Positions 49,701 to 57,205 of a stretch of DNA of 64,000 nucleotides are shown here, piece by piece. The notes under the pieces are model-generated. The model ran no database searches, was not told the DNA's origin, and was given only the letters and a program-made list of their open reading frames with translations. The translations under genes and the position numbers were made by a program. Source of the stretch: Aulosira sp. ZfuVER01. Lineage in GTDB: Bacteria > Cyanobacteriota > Cyanobacteriia > Cyanobacteriales > Nostocaceae. The DNA lies in contig JAVRCV020000004.1 in the NCBI GenBank assembly GCA_034530615.2, positions 32,001-96,000 of the forward strand. Direction: 5' to 3'. Positions within the stretch are counted from its first letter, which is position 1; each line of letters begins with the position of its first letter.

Positions 49701-51775
49701 AAATCAGTGCTATTACTGCCTCTAGCGAAGCTCTGTTTGCCTCTAATAAAGAGTTTGATGCCTTATTGGAAAGTTTACGAGCTTGGAAAAGACTCAAGCA
49801 GGCAGATGGAGTGCAAGCAGAAACCAAAATGCGGGTAGTCACAGCCCTCCAACAAGCTGTTTATGGAGTCAAAGAGCAAAATCGCTTGGAGGGGCATAGA
49901 GATATTGTCTGGAGTGTGACTTTCAGCCCTGATGGTCAGTTGTTGGCTTCAGGTAGTACGGATAGGACGATAAAACTGTGGCGTCCTGACGGGACTTTGC
50001 TACAAACTCTTAAAGGTCATAGCGATGCTGTCACCAGCGTGAGTTTTAGTCCAGATGGCCAAACCTTAGCTTCTGCCAGCCTAGACAAAAGTGTGCAAAT
50101 ATGGCGGAGAAATGCAATTACAGGTGAATTTGACTCACAGCCATACAAAACCCTCGAAGGGCATGGAGATTGGGTTTATAGCGTGAGTTTTAGCCCAGAT
50201 GGCGAGTTGTTGGCTACCGGCAGTAAGGATGCGACTGTTAAACTCTGGCGTAAGGACGGTAGTTTAGTCAAAGTCCTCAGGGGACATCAAGGATGGGTTA
50301 ACTGGGTCACATTCAGCCCTGATGGACAATTTATTGCCTCAGCGGGTGAAGATAAAACAGTGAAAATCTGGCGACGAGATGGCAGATTAGTGACTACCTT
50401 GCAGGGACATCGGCAAGGTGTAACTGCTGTAGCTTTTAGCCCAAATGGTCAAATTATCGCATCTGGGGGTAGAGATAAAACAATCAAACTTTGGCGCAGA
50501 GAGCGCAATCTTAGTAAAGACAGCTTTGATTTTCGTCCCAGCAAAACCTTAGAGCAACATAGTGGTAATATTTGGAGCCTGAACTTCAGTTCTGATAGTC
50601 AAAAGTTAGCTTCCGGCAGCGATGATAACACCATTAATCTCTGGAGTGTCACCGGCACTTTACTGAACACTTTTAAAGGACACAGCGATGCTGTTTCCAG
50701 TGTAGCTTTCAGCCCAGATAACAGACTCTTGGCTTCAGCAAGTTATGACAAAAGCGTGAAATTGTGGCGTTTAGATGCCCCGAGACTACCCATCCTCAAA
50801 GGGCATAAGAGTCGAGTTTTGAGCGTGGCTTGGAGTCCTGATGGTCAGATGTTGGCTTCAGCCAGTAAAGATAAAACAGTCAAACTCTGGAAGCGAGATA
50901 CCAGAAGCGGTGATATGGAAACCCAGATCTACAAAACTCTGCTGGGGCATCTAGATAAAGTCCCGAGTGTGAGTTTTGATCCCCAAGGGGAAATGCTGGC
51001 CTCAGCCAGTTATGACAAAACTGTGAAACTGTGGCGGCGCGATGGCACTTTAATAAAAACACTCCAAGGGCATAGTGATAATGTCATGAGCGTGACTTTC
51101 AGCCCTGATGGTCAATTTATTGCCTCAGCCAGTAAAGATAAAACAGTCAAACTTTGGCACCGTGATGGTCGCTTGCTGACAACATTGGTGGGTCATAATG
51201 GTTGGGTCAATAGCGTGAATTTCAGTCCCGATGCTCAAATTTTAGCTTCTGCGAGTGACGATCAAACTATAAAACTGTGGCGACGGGATGGTACCTTACT
51301 AAAAACTTTCTCACCTCAAGATGGTTGGGTATTAGGTGTGAGTTTTAGCCCCACTGACCAGTTGTTGGCTTCTGCTAGTTGGGATAATACAGTGAAGTTA
51401 TGGCGACGGGACGGTACGTTGTTAAAAACCTTGTTAAAAGGCTATAGCGATAGCGTTAACGCTGTTACCTTTAGTCCTAATGGTGAATTGCTGGCTGCTG
51501 CTAGTTGGGACCGTACAGTCAAACTTTGGAGCCGTGAGGGCAAACTGATTAAAACCCTCACTGGGCATCAGGGAGCAGTATTAAGTGTCAGTTTTAGTCC
51601 TGATGGTCAAACACTAGCTTCGGCGGGTGATGACAACACGATTATTCTTTGGAACTTGGATATTGACGATCTACTGCAACGTGGTTGCAACTGGGTAAAT
51701 GATTACCTCAAAAACAACCGTAATGTTGAACAGCGCGATCGCCTTCTTTGCGAGACTATCCCCCACAGGCCCTAG
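46748..51775 (+). CDS. Multidomain STAND receptor: degenerate ATPase-like N-terminus, TPR-like helices, nSTAND1-type NTPase, TM helix, 14 WD40 repeats
   Basis: GPSGVGKSS, IIFDQFEEFF, LVHDYL; hydrophobic IAGGSLAIMAGAIAVLWW; 14 GH..V.SV.FSPDG..LAS..D.T.KLW units. Confidence 0.88.
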   Translation: MTKWQFTAAIVNDNQHALQRMIRAIKLSKGQFALILVRCNYGQLREQMLANLRLLTKDINIREIILQPSTNALHTQVITELFLDHPVVVKDTLPSAVMVFGLESIIALDNFLAGVNQARDIYAATFPFPLIFWLQDDVASMLSRLAPDFKSWAATTIKFELAKEYLIALIRQETESLFAKVLETGADRFLSNDTLDLAPKSQNRREIESARSDLLRLYGVKLDPELEASLEFVLGRDEYANDQINDALVHYQRSLELWQKVGSDESGFRGLEENLEVYSPHPPMLPSPPLLRQAVVIFHLGLCYRRKGDLYQGADSKYWQDALFWFRKCLEILEEAQRQDLVAKFILPACEMLQRLQDWEELEELAQKSLKLHETYGKPVQVAQDYGFLADAAASESNWLLAHELANTALSIAEMATEVSRRQESWYLLLLARTQRHLGEWEEAINNLEWAKVVCELQYEPSLYLEILEELRSLYFVERHNYTEAFSLKQEKIQIEHQYGFRAFIGPSQLQPQRYRINPVLEPQKIPFIPEEVAQEIAASGRQQDVKRLIERITRADYKLTVIHGPSGVGKSSILKAGLVPALKGKVIGERIPLPIVLSVYTDWVTALGRNVNQVWQETEISAAVEITPNILIEKLRLASERNHTIIIIFDQFEEFFFVSTSPEKKSQFYKFFSQCLNIPYVKIILAIREDYLHYLLEFERLSKETSDGLYDLGVINKNILDKDIRYYLGNFDSADAINIIKSLTQRSHYEITNELINQLVNDLAGELNEVHPIELQIVGAQLQAENITTLEQYKLCGGSTKLVERWLEGVIKDCGQENEERSWKLLFELIDEKGTRPLKTKADLAVALGNNFTAISDFESSWEFILEILVGSGLVLREPEELGDRYQLVHDYLVEPIRQKNSYGMVAELEKVRFEKDRAEVAQKLSQEQLNLVLQRRLREARIAGGSLAIMAGAIAVLWWQADLQRRAAILQTRRAERSETNFKISAITASSEALFASNKEFDALLESLRAWKRLKQADGVQAETKMRVVTALQQAVYGVKEQNRLEGHRDIVWSVTFSPDGQLLASGSTDRTIKLWRPDGTLLQTLKGHSDAVTSVSFSPDGQTLASASLDKSVQIWRRNAITGEFDSQPYKTLEGHGDWVYSVSFSPDGELLATGSKDATVKLWRKDGSLVKVLRGHQGWVNWVTFSPDGQFIASAGEDKTVKIWRRDGRLVTTLQGHRQGVTAVAFSPNGQIIASGGRDKTIKLWRRERNLSKDSFDFRPSKTLEQHSGNIWSLNFSSDSQKLASGSDDNTINLWSVTGTLLNTFKGHSDAVSSVAFSPDNRLLASASYDKSVKLWRLDAPRLPILKGHKSRVLSVAWSPDGQMLASASKDKTVKLWKRDTRSGDMETQIYKTLLGHLDKVPSVSFDPQGEMLASASYDKTVKLWRRDGTLIKTLQGHSDNVMSVTFSPDGQFIASASKDKTVKLWHRDGRLLTTLVGHNGWVNSVNFSPDAQILASASDDQTIKLWRRDGTLLKTFSPQDGWVLGVSFSPTDQLLASASWDNTVKLWRRDGTLLKTLLKGYSDSVNAVTFSPNGELLAAASWDRTVKLWSREGKLIKTLTGHQGAVLSVSFSPDGQTLASAGDDNTIILWNLDIDDLLQRGCNWVNDYLKNNRNVEQRDRLLCETIPHRP

Positions 51776-51876
51776 TACAGCCGCAAAGAATTCCAAATTC
51801 GGCAATCATTGAGTTATGAGTGTGAGGCGTAAAAAGTGATTGATTTCCAACTCAAAACTCAAAACTTATGACTAAC

Positions 51877-52236
51877 TCACCAGCTACAAGAGCGATCGCT
51901 GTTCACTACATCTTCACTATCATCCCTACTGTCCTTAGTCGCATCTTGTAGCAATTGTGCTAAAAAGGCTTGTAACTTCATGCGCTCAATATAAGGCCAG
52001 CCACCCTCAGACTCAATATCTTTCAGTAATGAGTAAAGTTGCTGACGATTATCAGGTAAAGTTTCTTGAAAATATCCATCACGAATATCTCGATGTAACT
52101 GCTCCAACTTCCTTAGTAGAGCCAAAAGAGCTATCGAATCTCCTTGAAAACTCTGCGCTACATCATTTACCGTAGTTGCGATCGTTTCTAATTTAGAAGC
52201 CAACTTCTCAGATTCCAAGCTTCTATCGTTGTTCAT
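51877..52236 (-). CDS. Conserved-type hypothetical protein
   Basis: LLALLRKLEQLHRDIR...LPDNRQQLYSLLKDIESEGGWPYIERMKL. Confidence 0.75.
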   Translation of the reverse strand: MNNDRSLESEKLASKLETIATTVNDVAQSFQGDSIALLALLRKLEQLHRDIRDGYFQETLPDNRQQLYSLLKDIESEGGWPYIERMKLQAFLAQLLQDATKDSRDDSEDVVNSDRSCSW

Positions 52237-52844
52237 GCCAGCTTTTCCGTAATAAAGTAAGTTCTACTCAAATTTACCCAAGATTTTGGGCTTTGCTGTC
52301 TTCTGACTAGCTTCTGTGCCCTTCTTTGGCAAGAATATAGCCTAATTTGCATCTTGGTCAAAAACAATTGCGATCGCTTTTAAAACACAGCAGTGACGTT
52401 TAGTACAGCCTAGACCCGAGCTAAATGAAATCAAGGTATTCTTGCTTAAGACTAGAGTGCTTTGATTTTGAGTTTCAAAAAATCGTATGATCTGGCTGAT
52501 TTCCTTTTTAAAACAAAGGGCTGTATGTAGTGGGGACACATACATAATACAGAATGTCTTAGGCGATGCCACTTTTGCCATACGCTAGAGGAAAGTACGA
52601 AGGCAATTTCGCTCTTCGTGTCCTTAAAGGTAAGGGCTAATGCGGCTCTATGTCAGGGCAAACTCATCTATGTGTCTAGGCTCTACCAAATGCTGACAAT
52701 AGTAAAACTGCTGGTTTTTGCCCTTCTTGGGACAAACATCCAAAGCAGATGCAGTGTACTGGCTAGCCTGGGGTTTCAATCCCAGACTTAAACAGAGCGA
52801 CACGTTTAAATACGTTTAGCAAAGATCAGTTTGAGCAGTAGCGA

Positions 52845-52920
52845 CCCTAGCCTAACCTAGCCTGCGGCAACGCCAAAGGCTAAAGGCAACCCTTTGGGGA
52901 ACACTTAAAGGCGAACTGCC
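52845..52920. repeat. Small dispersed repeat fragments upstream of psbO
   Basis: GCCTGCGGCAACGCCAAAGGC and CCCTTTGGG..AAAGGCGAAC mini-hairpins, related to units at 44525 and 62358. Confidence 0.5.
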
Positions 52921-53017
52921 TTAAATGCCCTAAAACTAGGGCTGCTTCTCATCAGAGATCAAAACTTTGGTGCAGTTTTACAACGTTAGATATTAATTTT
53001 TGAAATTGAGGTTGACC

Positions 53018-53851
53018 ATGAGGTATCGCGCTTTAATTGTTGCATTTTTGGCTTTGTGCTTGGGGCTGATAACTGCTTGTAGTGACGGTTCATCTTCTAG
53101 CAGTAGAGATATACTCACATATGAACAAATTCGCGGCACTGGCTTGGCTAACAAATGCCCTCAACTGGCAGAAACAAGCCGAGGTTCGATTCCCTTAAAT
53201 TCTAGCCAGTCCTACGCCATTAAAGAACTTTGCTTGGAACCAACTAATTTCTTCGTCAAAGAAGAACCCGCTAATAAACGCCAAGAAGCAGAATTTGTTG
53301 CTGGCAAGCTGTTAACCAGGTATACCTCCACCATTGACCAAGTGCAAGGCGATCTGAAAATTAATACAGATAATAGCTTGACATTTGTGGAAAAAGATGG
53401 TCTTGACTTCCAAGCCATCACTGTGCAACTTCCTGGTGGTGAGCGAGTACCTTTCCTCTTCACCATCAAAAACTTAGTTGCTCAAACACAGCCTGGTTTG
53501 AACAGTGTTAATACTTCCACAGATTTTGAAGGCACGTTTAAAGTACCTTCATATCGTGGTGCTGCCTTCTTAGATCCCAAAGGTCGCGGTGTGGTTACTG
53601 GCTATGATAATGCTGTGGCTCTCCCTGCCCAAGCGGATGATGAAGAACTTACCCGCACTAACGTTAAGCGTGCTGAAATTCTGAGCGGTAAAATTTCCCT
53701 ACAAGTAGCAAAAGTAGATAGTGCTAGTGGTGAAATTGCAGGAACTTTCGAGAGCGAACAGCCATCTGATACTGATTTAGGTGCTGGCGAACCTAAAGAA
53801 GTCAAGATTCGTGGTCTGTTCTACGCTCGGGTTGAACCAACTCGGGGCTAA
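53018..53851 (+). CDS. psbO: Photosystem II manganese-stabilising protein
   Basis: GTGLANKCP, LPGGERVPFLFT, PSYRGAAFLDPKGRG, QPSDTDLG. Confidence 0.99.
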   Translation: MRYRALIVAFLALCLGLITACSDGSSSSSRDILTYEQIRGTGLANKCPQLAETSRGSIPLNSSQSYAIKELCLEPTNFFVKEEPANKRQEAEFVAGKLLTRYTSTIDQVQGDLKINTDNSLTFVEKDGLDFQAITVQLPGGERVPFLFTIKNLVAQTQPGLNSVNTSTDFEGTFKVPSYRGAAFLDPKGRGVVTGYDNAVALPAQADDEELTRTNVKRAEILSGKISLQVAKVDSASGEIAGTFESEQPSDTDLGAGEPKEVKIRGLFYARVEPTRG

Positions 53852-53934
53852 TTTCTCTTGAGTACCGCAACTTACGGACACTCATATCGACACAAAAATA
53901 CTGTATGTATTAGGCTTGAATGCAAAATTTAACT

Positions 53935-53972
53935 CACATACACCTTTAAATAAACGGTGTATGTGTTTTTTT
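53935..53972 (+). terminator. Terminator after psbO
   Basis: CACATACACC...GGTGTATGTG followed by TTTTTT. Confidence 0.7.
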
Positions 53973-54727
53973 ATCCTTAGAACAAAAGAGGTTTGATCTT
54001 TGGCATGAGCTTGCTTGTGTCTTGTGTAGCTGCGATTAAGGCAATAGGTATTAATCATTTAATTTGGATAGAGACAGCCATTCATGCTAGGTTTTGCAGT
54101 AATCAAGCATAAAAATTAATCATATCCGATGTCCTATTTTTAAGTTATTTACTGTCATCAGTATCAATATAAAATTGGCTATTTTGAAGTTTAAATTTTG
54201 AGTAGTTGAACGCAAGTTATAAAACAATAAAATCATCTCCAGTGTCAAAGTTCAGTTTAAATTTGTATTTACTATAAATCACTGAATAATAGTATTTTGT
54301 TCCGTATATTTAAGGCAACATGTTTATTAATTTTAAAATTTCCATAAACTACTAGTAACTAATGCCGTATTTTTACTGATTACAAAAACTTTTTACTGTT
54401 TAGCATTGTTTTTAAAATTGCAGCTTTTTATTCGTGAGTTTCACTCCTAATTAATAAGACAAGTTAGGTACAATCTCGGTTTCAAATTCAGTAATAAATT
54501 TTATATTTTGGCTCTATAGAGTTTTTTGGCTCCAGGTAATACCAAAGCTAAATAACAAACAAAATACTAGTTTCGCTTGTTTAAACTCGGTTCGATTACC
54601 AAGCTACTATGGTTGTTTTAACAAATGATTAGTTATATCCATAGGTTTTATTGGGTAATGTAGTCGCACCGTAGTTTACAAACGATTACTCAATGCTTTA
54701 TTTGCTCTGCTTAATAAACGCGGTGCT

Positions 54728-55504
54728 ATGCCTACCACAGTCACCAACGAACTGAAGCATGAAACTTGGCAGTTATTGCGAGAATACCAGCAATCCCGCT
54801 CGGAAACCGTTCGCAATCAACTGGTTAAACTCAATTTTGGACTGGTGAGAAGAGAAGCTCACTACTGGATGAATCAATGCCATGAAAACTACGAAGACTT
54901 ACTCCAAGTTGGCTGTTTAGGTCTAATTAGGGCTATCGAAAAATTTGAAATTTCTAAAGGCTACGCCTTTAGTTCTTTTACTATTCCCTACATTCGTGGT
55001 GAAATTCAGCACTACTTGCGAGATAAAGGTGTGACTGTACGCATTCCCCGTCGCTACTTAGCACTGCAACAGCAAGCAATTGGAGTTTCGCGTTCTTTGC
55101 GCGCGCAATATAACCGTCAACCTACGGACTCTGAAGTAGCAGCAGCACTGGAAATTTCTCCTGATGAATGGCAAGAAATTAAATTAGCTTGGATTAATCG
55201 TGCGCCTTTGAGTCTGGATGTACCAATACAAGACGGAGAAGAAGGTGCTACAAGTCTAGGAGAATTAGTTCCCGATCCTCACTACCGCAGTTTTCAATTA
55301 GCGCAAGAAGATCAAATTCGCTTACAACAAGCATTGGTACAGTTAGAACAGCGTACCCGTGAAGTTTTGGAATGCGTATTTTTACATGATTTGACACAAA
55401 AACAAGTAGCTGAACATTTAGGAATTAGTGTAGTTACGGTTTCTCGTCGAGTCAAGAAAGGGTTAGATTTGTTGAAAAATCTTATGGGAGTAGTTGAAGA
55501 TTAA
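54728..55504 (+). CDS. sigF: Group 3 RNA polymerase sigma factor, SigF-type
   Basis: EDLLQVGCLGLIRAIEKF, IRGEIQHYLRD, SLD, TQKQVAEHLGISVVTVSR; position after psbO matches recalled Nostocales sigF synteny (SigJ paralogue not excluded). Confidence 0.8.
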   Translation: MPTTVTNELKHETWQLLREYQQSRSETVRNQLVKLNFGLVRREAHYWMNQCHENYEDLLQVGCLGLIRAIEKFEISKGYAFSSFTIPYIRGEIQHYLRDKGVTVRIPRRYLALQQQAIGVSRSLRAQYNRQPTDSEVAAALEISPDEWQEIKLAWINRAPLSLDVPIQDGEEGATSLGELVPDPHYRSFQLAQEDQIRLQQALVQLEQRTREVLECVFLHDLTQKQVAEHLGISVVTVSRRVKKGLDLLKNLMGVVED

Positions 55505-55666
55505 CCTTAACTACTCCACTCCGCAGTTATGCTGGATTTGCAGTGTTAAAAATAACCATTGCAATACCAAAAATTAGGTTATAAAGGAACAGACTTAGCC
55601 TTAAATCCAAATTTTAGGCGTGTTAATTTCCCAAACAAATTTTCCTATGGCTTTTGAGAACGGCTA

Positions 55667-56566
55667 ATGGGTAGAAGAAATTCAAAAATTTTAGGTGCAG
55701 CCATTTTAATTTTGGCGATCGCTGGATGTAGCTCAGAAGAAACACCGCAAGCTAGTACTCCTAGTCCGACTGCGGCTAATCTTCCCCCAACCGCAACCCC
55801 AGCAAAGTCACCACCAGTAAATCAATCTTTTAAGAATCCAGTAGTTCCTGGTAAACAAGTATCACAAGTTGCCGCCGCAACTTACAGTCCGTCGTCTAAT
55901 TTGATTCAACCAACCAATACTACAGAACGGTTAGTTTTGGTATCAAAGGGGCGGAATGATCCGTTTGCCCAAATTATAGGACAGACGATTACCGGAGTTC
56001 CTAGCACTACTGCAAAACCTGTTCCTCTGTTACCTTCCTTACCGATTGCTAAACCCGCAACAGTACCAGCAGTAGTCAAAGTACCTGTGCGGAGTGCGGT
56101 AAAAGCAGCTAATTTAATTCCCCAAAAACCAAGCATCAACAAAGTTGCTACTGCTCCTCCTAAGTTGACTCCTGTTTTGCCTAAAGTTTTGCCTCCAGTA
56201 GTTCCTAGCCCCAATCTAGTATCTGTATTACCACAACCACCACAACCTGAGTTAGCAAGGTCAGTTCTTGTGACTGGCGTAGTTTTAATTGGTAAACAAC
56301 TCCAAGCGATTATCAAAGTACCGAATGAGCCGACGAGTCGCTATGTGCAAGCGGGACAGAGGCTAGCAAACGGTCTTTTGATTAAACGTATAGAAATGAA
56401 TGAAGGCTCCAATCCTATTGTTATTGTGGAACAATATGGTATTGAAGTTGCCAGAATGGTAGGAGATAATGCTACCAACTCAGCAACACCAAATCCCAAT
56501 CCTGGCGGAAATCCTGTTTCTTGGACAACCCCATCTCAAAATATTGTTGCTGTCAGAGCTTTATAA
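55667..56566 (+). CDS. Pro-rich lipoprotein with PilP/GspC-like C-terminal domain
   Basis: Lipobox IAGC; Pro/Thr linker; GRNDPF; VTGVVLIG..AIIKVPNEPTSRYVQAGQRL. Confidence 0.7.
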   Translation: MGRRNSKILGAAILILAIAGCSSEETPQASTPSPTAANLPPTATPAKSPPVNQSFKNPVVPGKQVSQVAAATYSPSSNLIQPTNTTERLVLVSKGRNDPFAQIIGQTITGVPSTTAKPVPLLPSLPIAKPATVPAVVKVPVRSAVKAANLIPQKPSINKVATAPPKLTPVLPKVLPPVVPSPNLVSVLPQPPQPELARSVLVTGVVLIGKQLQAIIKVPNEPTSRYVQAGQRLANGLLIKRIEMNEGSNPIVIVEQYGIEVARMVGDNATNSATPNPNPGGNPVSWTTPSQNIVAVRAL

Positions 56567-56569
56567 AAG

Positions 56570-56815
56570 ATGGAGATTAAGGAGAAAATTGAATTTGCTG
56601 GTTTGCCTTTAGCCGTCTATCGAGAGATAGCAGCCCATTTACGTCAAGTAGAAGGGTTAGAGGTGAGTTTGATCCCCCAGTCATCCCAACAGTTTGATTA
56701 CCATCAAAGTCAAATTGAAGGCTTGTGGATTAGCTGGGTATCGAAACCTACATCAGCAGTTCGGCAACGTGTTCAGCAAATTTTGGCTTATTACCAAAAT
56801 CGCTATGGTATCTGA
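56570..56815 (+). CDS. Small conserved-type hypothetical protein
   Basis: LPLAVYREIAAHLRQV...FDYHQSQI...QILAYY; 3 nt after the previous stop. Confidence 0.75.
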   Translation: MEIKEKIEFAGLPLAVYREIAAHLRQVEGLEVSLIPQSSQQFDYHQSQIEGLWISWVSKPTSAVRQRVQQILAYYQNRYGI

Positions 56816-57205
56816 CGCTTGAGTTCATCTCAAGTACCATGACTATACCTCAAGGTGAGATATTACGTATTTATGCTGTATATCGCACTGAGGTCTAGTT
56901 GAATTTACAAACCTTTGATACCTTTTGTCGAGATGTTTGGCACAGATAATTCCTCCAACAGCCCCAATTAACACGGGCAGTTGGGGGTATTTTAATAAGC
57001 TATTACGCAAGCAGAGTTGATACGGTACTCGCTAAAATCTGTTTGACGTGCAGGGATAGCGTCAGCTAAGATTTCAATCTAATTTTGCTAATTTTAAAAT
57101 TAAATCATTGTCTAAAATTATGCAATTGTAAATTGCTGAGGTAAACTTGCAAGCAAGTAATGCAAAATATTACTCAGCTGGTCTTCGGTCTGGGCATCAC
57201 TCACA

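Noticed and set aside
49880..51660. Diversity-generating retroelement acting on the WD40 repeats
   Set aside because: No reverse transcriptase or non-coding template repeat, and no adenine-specific mismatch pattern seen.
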